Assembly: GCA_964397545.1 (NCBI GenBank) | Contig: CAYNIW010000010.1 | Coordinates: 4,687-68,686, forward strand | Direction: 5' to 3' | From: an uncultured Desulfuromonadaceae bacterium | GTDB lineage: Bacteria; SDB-A | Length of the DNA: 64,000 bases | Shown here: positions 57,226 through 64,000 of the stretch, in pieces | Numbering within the stretch: position 1 is the stretch's first letter | How the letters are laid out: each line of letters begins with the position of its first letter | Notes under the pieces: generated by a model | Database searches by the model: none | Seen by the model: the letters and a program-made list of their open reading frames with translations, nothing else | Told to the model about the DNA's origin: nothing | Program-made: the position numbers and the translations under genes

Positions 57226-58504
57226 GTTTTGATTTTATACTTCTTTCATGTAATTTATCAAGTTTGTTTAAAAATTGCCGCGGTCTTTCACTGCAAACAA
57301 AAACATTCCTTCCTGTTTTAAGGGCGATTTCTTCCGGTGTAATATCGTCTATAAACCTACCCTGATAGTTGAGAGCTCTCTGCGGTAGGGCTAATACTCC
57401 CTCTTCTAGCCTTTGTGAAATTTTAATGAAATCTTTCCCCGGCAAAAGACCGGCTGTAGTCACTTTTTTTCCGAAAAATGAATTGACAACCGGAATAACT
57501 TCCGGCTTTGATTTTCCGAAACTAATTTTTTCGGCAAGCTTCTGTGCAAAAGGAAACATAGCCTCTCCTGTCAGCAGGAAAAGAGGAAAACGGATTTTTA
57601 TTTTTTGCGCTTTTTTGTTTTCATCCAAAAAAAGCCTCAGCCCTCCGACACCGTTTTCCAACTGGGGGTAATCAGCGTAATAAGAGCTTTGGGGTATCTC
57701 GCGTCCCGCGGTTAAAAACATCTGATCAGTGCAGTAAACCGGCGTATCCTTGCCTCTTCCGGATGAAGACGCGAAAGTTGCTCTCTCTATGACATCAAGG
57801 GCTTCGGCTTTGGAGAGTTCTCTGATTGGAAACAGGTTTTTCCTTTGCTTTGTTAAACCTACAGGCACTACAGCCGTAGATGCGGCACGGGCTTTAGCGA
57901 GGTCGGCGAGAGTTTTTTGGAGAATATCTCCGTCGTTGACGCCGGGGACCACAACTATCTGAGTGTGAACTTTTATTCCTGACCCGGACAATTTTTTTAT
58001 GAGAGGTAAAACCGGGGCGGGCTTTTTCAATCCGAACATTTTTCCTCTTATATCAGGATCCGTTGCGTGGACGCTTATGTAAAGAGGAGAGAGCCTCATT
58101 AATATAATTTTTCTTATCTCTCTTTCAGAAAGATTGGTTCCGGTTATATATGCTCCTCTGAGAAACGAAAGCCTGTAGTCGTCATCCTTGAAATTGAGAG
58201 TCTGCCTGGCTTTAACCGGGTTCTGATCCACAAAACAGAAGATGCATCTGTTAGAACATCTTTTATACGCGAAAGGCTCCAGTTCGATTCCAAGGCGGGA
58301 AGGAGAAAAATCCTCAAGCTTTTTTCGGACTATTTTACCCCGTGTCTCCCAGACAATCTCTCCGCTCAAACTGGAAGTCCAGAAAGATAGGTCTAAAGAA
58401 TCTTCAATATTTTTTCCATCTACAGATATTATCATGTCGCCGGGTTTCAACCCCAAAACCCAGCCGAGCCCTTTTTTGTCTATTTTTAATATTTTTACGG
58501 GCAT
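57206..58504 (-). CDS. PDZ-domain radical SAM protein (DUF512 family)
   Basis: It has an N-terminal PDZ (LKPGDMIISVDG), the radical SAM motif CSNRCIFCF, and a C-terminal DUF512-like region. Confidence 0.55.
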   Translation of the reverse strand: MPVKILKIDKKGLGWVLGLKPGDMIISVDGKNIEDSLDLSFWTSSLSGEIVWETRGKIVRKKLEDFSPSRLGIELEPFAYKRCSNRCIFCFVDQNPVKARQTLNFKDDDYRLSFLRGAYITGTNLSEREIRKIILMRLSPLYISVHATDPDIRGKMFGLKKPAPVLPLIKKLSGSGIKVHTQIVVVPGVNDGDILQKTLADLAKARAASTAVVPVGLTKQRKNLFPIRELSKAEALDVIERATFASSSGRGKDTPVYCTDQMFLTAGREIPQSSYYADYPQLENGVGGLRLFLDENKKAQKIKIRFPLFLLTGEAMFPFAQKLAEKISFGKSKPEVIPVVNSFFGKKVTTAGLLPGKDFIKISQRLEEGVLALPQRALNYQGRFIDDITPEEIALKTGRNVFVCSERPRQFLNKLDKLHERSIKSKHGKTSN

Positions 58505-58513
58505 CGCGAAAAG

Positions 58514-59059
58514 TCAATTGCCTAAATATTCACAAAACAATTTCACTTTTTCAAGGGCCTCAGCGCCTGAAACATAATCGTTTCTATCCCCGGAGACGAA
58601 TCCGTTTTCGACTGCCCACTCCCAGCTGTCTGTGTAAATATCACCGGCATATCCCGGGGAGGATATTTCGTTGAATATCCTGAAAAATACTATGGCAAAC
58701 TGAAATTTTTTGACAGGATCGTTTGGGTAAAAACATTTATCGGGAAAAGAAGCCATAATATTTCGCTCGCTGACCCCTATTATTGAATTTCCCGCCCAGT
58801 GTTCGCTTATGTCTCTGGGCGAGTCGCTGTTTTTTATAGGAAAAAGAACGAGAATGCCCCTTGAAGACATTCTCGTTTCGAGAATATAAGCGAGTTCACC
58901 TCTCGAGACGGCATCAACCTCAAGCAGAAATGCCTCCTGATTTGAAGTTCTTACAATAACGGGCAGAAACCGGATCGTTTTTATTGCCCTTATCTCATCC
59001 GCGGTCGAACAGGAGAAAAAAAAGACGGCGAAAAAGACGGTGATAAAGCTTTTTTTCAT
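58514..59059 (-). CDS. Lipoprotein of unknown function (possible SLH-like repeats)
   Basis: I prefer the start MKKSFITVFFAVFFFSCS (a lipobox) over the Arg-rich track N-terminus. The HWAG and SWEWAVENGFVSG segments resemble SLH motifs. Confidence 0.35.
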   Translation of the reverse strand: MKKSFITVFFAVFFFSCSTADEIRAIKTIRFLPVIVRTSNQEAFLLEVDAVSRGELAYILETRMSSRGILVLFPIKNSDSPRDISEHWAGNSIIGVSERNIMASFPDKCFYPNDPVKKFQFAIVFFRIFNEISSPGYAGDIYTDSWEWAVENGFVSGDRNDYVSGAEALEKVKLFCEYLGN

Positions 59060-59403
59060 TCCCTTTCCACGGGCACCAGACAGATAAACCTGAATTTCCC
59101 GTTGCCGCCGTTGAGATACTGATGTTTTTCTCCAGCGGGGACGAAAACCGCAGAACCTTTCTTCAGTTTTTTTTCTCCATCTTCTGTCTTGATAATGCCC
59201 TCGCCATCGAGGACGTAATTGATGTGCTCCCACTGATGTTCGTGATAAGGCGTGTATCCTCCCTCTTCGAGCTCCATCACTCTTAAAGCCATGGAAGGTT
59301 CACCTTCCCTCGAGCCGATCATCAAATTTTTCGTCAGTCCTTTGATTTCCCCTTCGTTCATGACCGATACAAGAGATTCTTTTTCCGATACTATTTTTAT
59401 CAT
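59056..59403 (-). CDS. Cupin domain protein
   Basis: It has the cupin motifs YHEHQWEHINYVLDGEG and GSAVFVPAGEKH. Confidence 0.6.
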   Translation of the reverse strand: MIKIVSEKESLVSVMNEGEIKGLTKNLMIGSREGEPSMALRVMELEEGGYTPYHEHQWEHINYVLDGEGIIKTEDGEKKLKKGSAVFVPAGEKHQYLNGGNGKFRFICLVPVERE

Positions 59404-59416
59404 ATCTGTCTGCCTT

Positions 59417-60271
59417 TCAGTTTATACGGATGGTTCTGTAGCTGACGTAAGTCGCCGTCGGAAAGCAGTAATTCCCTATCAGAGTGTCTATGTTCCCGGG
59501 GGCGATTATCGTGTCGTAGAGCAGGATATTCCCCGAGACAGTGTCGAAATTGACCGCCTGAAAATATATTGTCATCGCCCCAGTGTTAAAATAATTCGCA
59601 GGTATGTCTATTTGGTTGAAAGTGTCGGGTCTCGGGACTGGTATTGGACCGAAAACAGAAGATCCCGTTATCTGTATAACAGCAAGAGAGGCTCTTATCA
59701 CGTTCGATTCGTGTGTCGTCGTCCACCTTAGCCTGAGGTATCCGGCGTTGTTGATACTCGCGAGCGAAATAACCGTGTCGGAAGCGGAAGGATACGTCAG
59801 GTCAATGTAGGGCATTGAAAGACTGCCAGTGGCGGTTCCTTCGTTTGTCTTAAACAAGAGCGAATAAGTCTTGCCTATAATGAAAGGATAGGCAATATCG
59901 GGGGGGTAAGCCGGCAGAGCCATCGTCGGGAAATAGAAACTGTCGAGATCGGTAAAGCATTTCAAAAAAGCCGAATCGCCTCCCTGCTCCTTGAAATAAA
60001 TGTGCAGACCGGTGACGTCTGAGTTGCCTCTCATGACTTTTGAAAGAGCCGTCCTCAGAAAATCATTCATTGGAAGCTGGTAGGGAATCCCGGGAAGATC
60101 AGACGGGAAAAACCCCATTAAAAAATAAATCTGAAGCCCCGAACCTCCCTGCGCCGGATCAGTGGGTTCCCATCTTTTGGGTTCCGGAACCGGAGAAGTA
60201 GGTTTTTTTGAGCATGAAGCAAAAGACAATGCCAATACGGCAAGTATGATTGTGACAGCAAACACGCGCAT
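59417..60271 (-). CDS. Lipoprotein of unknown function
   Basis: It has the signal peptide and lipobox ALSFASCS and a beta-rich body. Confidence 0.4.
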   Translation of the reverse strand: MRVFAVTIILAVLALSFASCSKKPTSPVPEPKRWEPTDPAQGGSGLQIYFLMGFFPSDLPGIPYQLPMNDFLRTALSKVMRGNSDVTGLHIYFKEQGGDSAFLKCFTDLDSFYFPTMALPAYPPDIAYPFIIGKTYSLLFKTNEGTATGSLSMPYIDLTYPSASDTVISLASINNAGYLRLRWTTTHESNVIRASLAVIQITGSSVFGPIPVPRPDTFNQIDIPANYFNTGAMTIYFQAVNFDTVSGNILLYDTIIAPGNIDTLIGNYCFPTATYVSYRTIRIN

Positions 60272-60279
60272 ATTTCCTC

Positions 60280-60762
60280 CTATTTAATAAATTCTATTGT
60301 ATCTCCGGGTCCGATATTTTTAGATGAAAACCAGCCCTCATTAACTTCGAGAGCGTAAAGAGCCCTGAATCCGGATCTCGTGTTATCAAGGGAAAAAGGC
60401 TCCATAGATTTGATCTCCCGAATAACCAGGTCTGAATCCAGAAATGCAATATCGAGAGCTATGGAAGTGTTTTTCATCCAGAAAGACAGATATGCAGGTT
60501 TCTCAAAGACAAAAAGCATCCCTTCGCCTTCCGTCAGTGAATCTCTGAACATCAAACCAGCAGTTCTTTTGTTGACGTCATCGGCTATTTCGACTGTCAG
60601 AGTTTCAGTTTTCAATGTGATAATAATTTTTTCGAGCTCTGTCTGATGTCCGTAATATATGGGTGAGTAATTTCCGTCCTCGCCGGATGTCTCATCAGCT
60701 GTCCTGCAGCCTATCAGAATAACCGCCAAAAAGGCACTGGCTAAAAACATTTCAGCTTTCAT
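60280..60762 (-). CDS. DUF192 (COG1430) domain lipoprotein
   Basis: It has the DUF192 core TAGLMFRDSLTEGEGMLFVF...ALDIAFLDSD. I prefer the start MKAEMFLASAFLAVILIGC. Confidence 0.55.
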   Translation of the reverse strand: MKAEMFLASAFLAVILIGCRTADETSGEDGNYSPIYYGHQTELEKIIITLKTETLTVEIADDVNKRTAGLMFRDSLTEGEGMLFVFEKPAYLSFWMKNTSIALDIAFLDSDLVIREIKSMEPFSLDNTRSGFRALYALEVNEGWFSSKNIGPGDTIEFIK

Positions 60763-60961
60763 TCTTTTTTTTGTCCTGTATGACCAGGGCGTCGAGAAGA
60801 ATGCCTTCATCGAGCCATCCTTCGTCCACGAGTATTTCGCCGATTTTTTTGTCCTCTCCGGTCTGTCTTTTCCTGTTTTGTATGTCGAGAGCTTCTTTAA
60901 GTTTTTCGCCGTCAATGAAGCCCTGCTCTAACAGAATTTCACCGATGAGGATATTCGACAT
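60752..60961 (-). CDS. Standalone MshEN/T2SSE_N-like domain protein (69 aa)
   Basis: It has two tandem 24-aa motifs, LIGEILLEQGFIDGEKLKEALDIQ and KIGEILVDEGWLDEGILLDALVIQ. These match the MshEN consensus xLGxxLLxxGxIxxxxLxxALxxQ except that the leading Arg is replaced by Leu or Lys. Confidence 0.5.
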   Translation of the reverse strand: MSNILIGEILLEQGFIDGEKLKEALDIQNRKRQTGEDKKIGEILVDEGWLDEGILLDALVIQDKKKNES

Positions 60962-60970
60962 AAATACCTC

Positions 60971-61858
60971 CTAATTATTAAGACCCAGTCTGGAAATTTT
61001 AACAGAATCGTCTTTCCAATTCTTCATCAATTTTACGCTTAAATCGAGAAAGACATCCCGCTGGAGATAATTTTTAATTTTTTCCCTCGACAAAGCTCCA
61101 AGTTTTTTTATCATCTGCCCGTTTCGGCCTATCACAATCGCCTTTTGTGATTCTCTCTCCACGTAAAGGACGGCTTTTATGTAATGCTTTTTTCCTCCAT
61201 ACCTTTCCTTAAAATCCTCCACTACAACGGAAATGGAATAAGGGACTTCCTTTTTGAAAAGGTCGTAACATGATTCTCTTATTATTTCAGAGGTGTAAAA
61301 TCTATCTGATCTGTCCGTCAGCGCGTCTCCGTCGAAATACCTCGGCCCGGGCTTAAGCATTTCCAGGACAGAGGGAACGACTTTTTCCGTGTTCTCCCCT
61401 CTCAGGGCTGATATCAGGATTATTTCCTTAAAATCCTTTTTCTTCCGCCATTCGTCTATAACTGGGAGCAGGGGCCTTTTGTCCTTTAACCTGTCTGTTT
61501 TATTAACGCATAAAATCAGAGGGACTGTTATGGAATCTGCCGTCGAGATATCCTTTTGAGAAGGCATGACCGGATCAGTGACGTAAATTCCGGCATCGCA
61601 GTCTCTGGCGGCTTTTGATATCTCTTCGCTCATATGTTTCTGAAGTTTGTATTTCGGCTCCAGAAAACCCGGAGTATCGACAAAGATTATTTGATAATGG
61701 CTGTCGTTGAGTATGCCCAAAATCCTGTTTCTCGTCATCTGAGGTTTTTTTGAAACCGGAGAGAGATCGAAATCAATAATTCTGTTCAGCAAAGTTGATT
61801 TTCCAGCGTTCGGTAATCCGAAAATACCTACATATCCGCTTTTAAATGATTTTTTCAT
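60971..61858 (-). CDS. era: GTPase Era
   Basis: It has GLPNAGKSTLLN, DTPG, NKTD and a C-terminal KH domain. Confidence 0.9.
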   Translation of the reverse strand: MKKSFKSGYVGIFGLPNAGKSTLLNRIIDFDLSPVSKKPQMTRNRILGILNDSHYQIIFVDTPGFLEPKYKLQKHMSEEISKAARDCDAGIYVTDPVMPSQKDISTADSITVPLILCVNKTDRLKDKRPLLPVIDEWRKKKDFKEIILISALRGENTEKVVPSVLEMLKPGPRYFDGDALTDRSDRFYTSEIIRESCYDLFKKEVPYSISVVVEDFKERYGGKKHYIKAVLYVERESQKAIVIGRNGQMIKKLGALSREKIKNYLQRDVFLDLSVKLMKNWKDDSVKISRLGLNN

Positions 61859-62035
61859 GACATATCATCTCAATTCTCACCCCATATTGTCAAGCTGCCG
61901 CACATATTTTGTGCTTATAATTCTCAGAGAAAAAACCCGGGTAAATATTACATGCGTCTTTATGTGATTTAGAATTTTTAATGTTATAAGGCATAAATAT
62001 TGCATAGAATAAGTTGGTTGAATAAAGGAGGAAAA

Positions 62036-63940
62036 ATGAAAATATTTGCTGGAATTCTTTTAGTCCTGTTTCCCGCATTAATCTTTTCCGGACAACTGCC
62101 GGCGAGAATGAGCGTGGTCTCCGGCGAAGTGATAATCCGGAAATCCTACTCGGAAAATGACGAATACGGAATAGTGAATCTTCCGGTCGAAGCGGGAGAT
62201 TCTATTTATGTCAGAAGCGGTTATGTGGAAATCGACATTGAAGACGGCTCGACTCTCAGAATCGGAGAAAACTCTTCATGCATAATAATTCACACAGGTA
62301 ATAGCGAAGCCGACAATTCAATATCTACGAGGGTTTACGCCAATTTCGGAGAATTCGAGTTATTTTCATCCACGAAAGCGAATTCAAAAAGCTATCTCGA
62401 TCTTGAGACGGATGTCGGTATAGTGACTTCTTTCCCTTCCGGAGTAATCCGCGTAAAAGTCAACAATACCGGTGAGATTGAAGCTGAAGTCATAAAAGGG
62501 ACAGGCGCTTACAAGACAAAAAGGGAGGAAAAGCTTCTCAACGCGGGAGACTTCGCGACAATAAATTCGACAGGCATTGGTTCTATTGTATCAAGGCCTG
62601 TTCCCGAAAACTCTTCCATAACTCAGAGGTCTTATAAACCTTCCACTTACGAAACTCAAAATTCTCCGAGCAGGGCATACGTGCCAAAAAACATAGAAAA
62701 CAGTTCCCAGACTCTCGACGAAAACGGAACATGGATTTACGTGTCTTCGCACGGATACTGCTGGAAGCCGAAAGTCGTTATCGTCGACTGGAAACCTTAT
62801 TACGATGGTGAATGGGTCTGGACCGCGGGGTGGGGTTGGACATGGGTTTCCTATGAACCCTGGGGCTGGTGGACTTACCATTACGGGCATTGGGTTTATT
62901 CAGGAAGATGGGGCTGGGTCTGGGTGCCCGGTTCGAGATGGTATCCGGCAAGAGTCGTGTGGTATTGGGGACCCGGCTGGATAGCATGGTATCCTTATCC
63001 TTATTATTACTGGTATCCCTGGTTTTACGATCCATGGTGGATATGCGTCTCCACGGAATCTTTTTACAGGCCGAGATACAGGTATCATGATCCCCGTTAC
63101 GGTTTCGTCGGAGACAAACCAACCAGGACATACGACCCCGTTGATGTCCCTGATATAACTAGCGGATCTATGGTTCGTTCGCCGGATCAGCCCGAAAACA
63201 CGGACAGAAACCTGACTGCAGACAACAGGCTGACCAATCAAAATCCTTCTCAGCCCGTCAGGGAGACTCCGGACCTTAACAGCGGCAGGATAGAACCCGT
63301 CAGAAGAGAAATAGAGACAAGGTCTCCTGATTTCAACAATGAAATCACGACAAGATCGGGCGAAGGTCTGACAACGAGAAACAGCGTAGGTCTAACTTCG
63401 TCAAGACCCGTCTACGAGAGGACGCCTACTGTAAATTCAAACATGACTCCCCCCAGACAAAGCGAAGTCACTACGAGGACGCCTTCTCAGGAGACAAACA
63501 CAAGAGTAACTGCTACACAGCCGACGACGAGGACAAACCCGCCTACAAACAGCAACAACAGGCCGGAGACCAACAACGACACGAGAAATTACAATCCTCC
63601 TACAAACAGCAGCACCAGGCCGGAGACCAACAACGACACAAGAGACAACAATCCCCCTACAAACAGCAACAGGTCAAACGAAAACGAAAGGTCATATACG
63701 CCTCCCACGAACAGCAACACGAGACCCGAGACCAACAACGACACGAGAACCAACAATCCTCCTACAAACAACAACAGATCAAACGAAAACGAAAGGTCAT
63801 ATACGCCTCCCACGAACAGCAATACGAGACCGCAGAACGAGAACAGGAATCAAAATCCTCCTCAGAATCAAAGACCTCCTGAAAACGAAAGGGAGGAAAG
63901 AAGGCAAAATTCCGAGAGGGATTCAAACAGAGAAAGATAA
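62036..63940 (+). CDS. Secreted FecR-domain protein with an extremely Trp-rich segment and an N/T/P-rich tandem-repeat tail
   Basis: The RBS AAGGAGG precedes ATG 62036. It has a signal peptide, a FecR-like beta domain (VVSGEVIIRK...GDSIYVRSG...STLRIGENSS), about 90 aa containing more than 25 Trp (WGWTWVSYEPWGWWTYHYGHWVYSGRWGWVWVP...), and repeated PPTNSNxRPETNNDTR units. Confidence 0.5.
   Translation: MKIFAGILLVLFPALIFSGQLPARMSVVSGEVIIRKSYSENDEYGIVNLPVEAGDSIYVRSGYVEIDIEDGSTLRIGENSSCIIIHTGNSEADNSISTRVYANFGEFELFSSTKANSKSYLDLETDVGIVTSFPSGVIRVKVNNTGEIEAEVIKGTGAYKTKREEKLLNAGDFATINSTGIGSIVSRPVPENSSITQRSYKPSTYETQNSPSRAYVPKNIENSSQTLDENGTWIYVSSHGYCWKPKVVIVDWKPYYDGEWVWTAGWGWTWVSYEPWGWWTYHYGHWVYSGRWGWVWVPGSRWYPARVVWYWGPGWIAWYPYPYYYWYPWFYDPWWICVSTESFYRPRYRYHDPRYGFVGDKPTRTYDPVDVPDITSGSMVRSPDQPENTDRNLTADNRLTNQNPSQPVRETPDLNSGRIEPVRREIETRSPDFNNEITTRSGEGLTTRNSVGLTSSRPVYERTPTVNSNMTPPRQSEVTTRTPSQETNTRVTATQPTTRTNPPTNSNNRPETNNDTRNYNPPTNSSTRPETNNDTRDNNPPTNSNRSNENERSYTPPTNSNTRPETNNDTRTNNPPTNNNRSNENERSYTPPTNSNTRPQNENRNQNPPQNQRPPENEREERRQNSERDSNRER
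63540..63870 (+). repeat. Imperfect in-frame tandem DNA repeats (units of about 57 and about 105 nt) encoding PPTNSN-RPETNNDTR / RSNENERSYT repeats
   Basis: cctacaaacagcaacaacaggccggagaccaacaacgacac... recurs four to five times with point differences. Confidence 0.6.
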
Positions 63941-63961
63941 AAATATTTGAGCTCGATCGGT

Positions 63962-63992
63962 AAAAAACCCCTCCCCAGCGGAGGGGTTTTTC
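63962..63992 (+). terminator. Rho-independent terminator
   Basis: The hairpin CCCCTCC-ccagc-GGAGGGG is followed by TTTTT, and an A-run precedes it. Confidence 0.6.
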
Positions 63993-64000
63993 GTTAAAAT

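Noticed and set aside
63589-63822. 77-aa minus-strand ORF (MLFVGGVYDLSFSFDLLLFVGG...)
   Set aside because: It is the antisense reading of the tandem repeat region inside the FecR-like gene. The repetitive Leu/Val/Gly sequence is a repeat artifact.

Overview
This is a dense 64-kb chromosomal segment from an uncultivated Gram-negative bacterium, with about 65 coding genes, three tRNAs and no rRNA, CRISPR array or obvious mobile element. The lineage is probably FCB-group: several secreted proteins end in type IX secretion (T9SS) C-terminal sorting domains, there is a C25/PorU-like peptidase fragment, there are lamin-tail-domain proteins, and two outer-membrane proteins carry FadL/PorV-like motifs. 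Recognisable housekeeping genes include rfbB, folC, pcm-surE, a GT2 glycosyltransferase and an LpxL-like acyltransferase, priA, gpsA-plsY-der, era, a YgiQ radical-SAM protein and a heterodimeric ABC exporter pair. Signalling and metal-homeostasis genes include a REC-GAF-GGDEF diguanylate cyclase, a large hybrid histidine kinase, mntP, a csoR-copA pair with a candidate operator, a Dps-like ferritin and a MerR regulator. The most unusual items are listed below.
- An archaeal-type Glu-tRNA(Gln) amidotransferase pair, gatE-gatD, sits next to folC; the gatE stop and gatD start overlap in TAATG.
- A T9SS cargo gene has a strong promoter and a signal-peptide exon, but two in-frame stop codons (TGA, TAG) interrupt it.
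- An operon encodes a FadL-like outer-membrane protein, a transglutaminase-like Cys protease, and a catalytically degenerate paralog of that protease.
- A standalone 69-aa protein with two MshEN/T2SSE_N-like motifs lies beside era.
- A FecR-domain protein has an extremely Trp-rich segment and a tandem-repeated N/T/P-rich tail.
- Two tandem lamin-tail-domain T9SS paralogs are present.
- A NYN(YacP)-AIM24-YgiQ operon is present.
- Several small operons of uncharacterised proteins are present.
Coordinates of starts were adjusted from the ORF track where an internal Met with an RBS or gene packing made a downstream start more likely.
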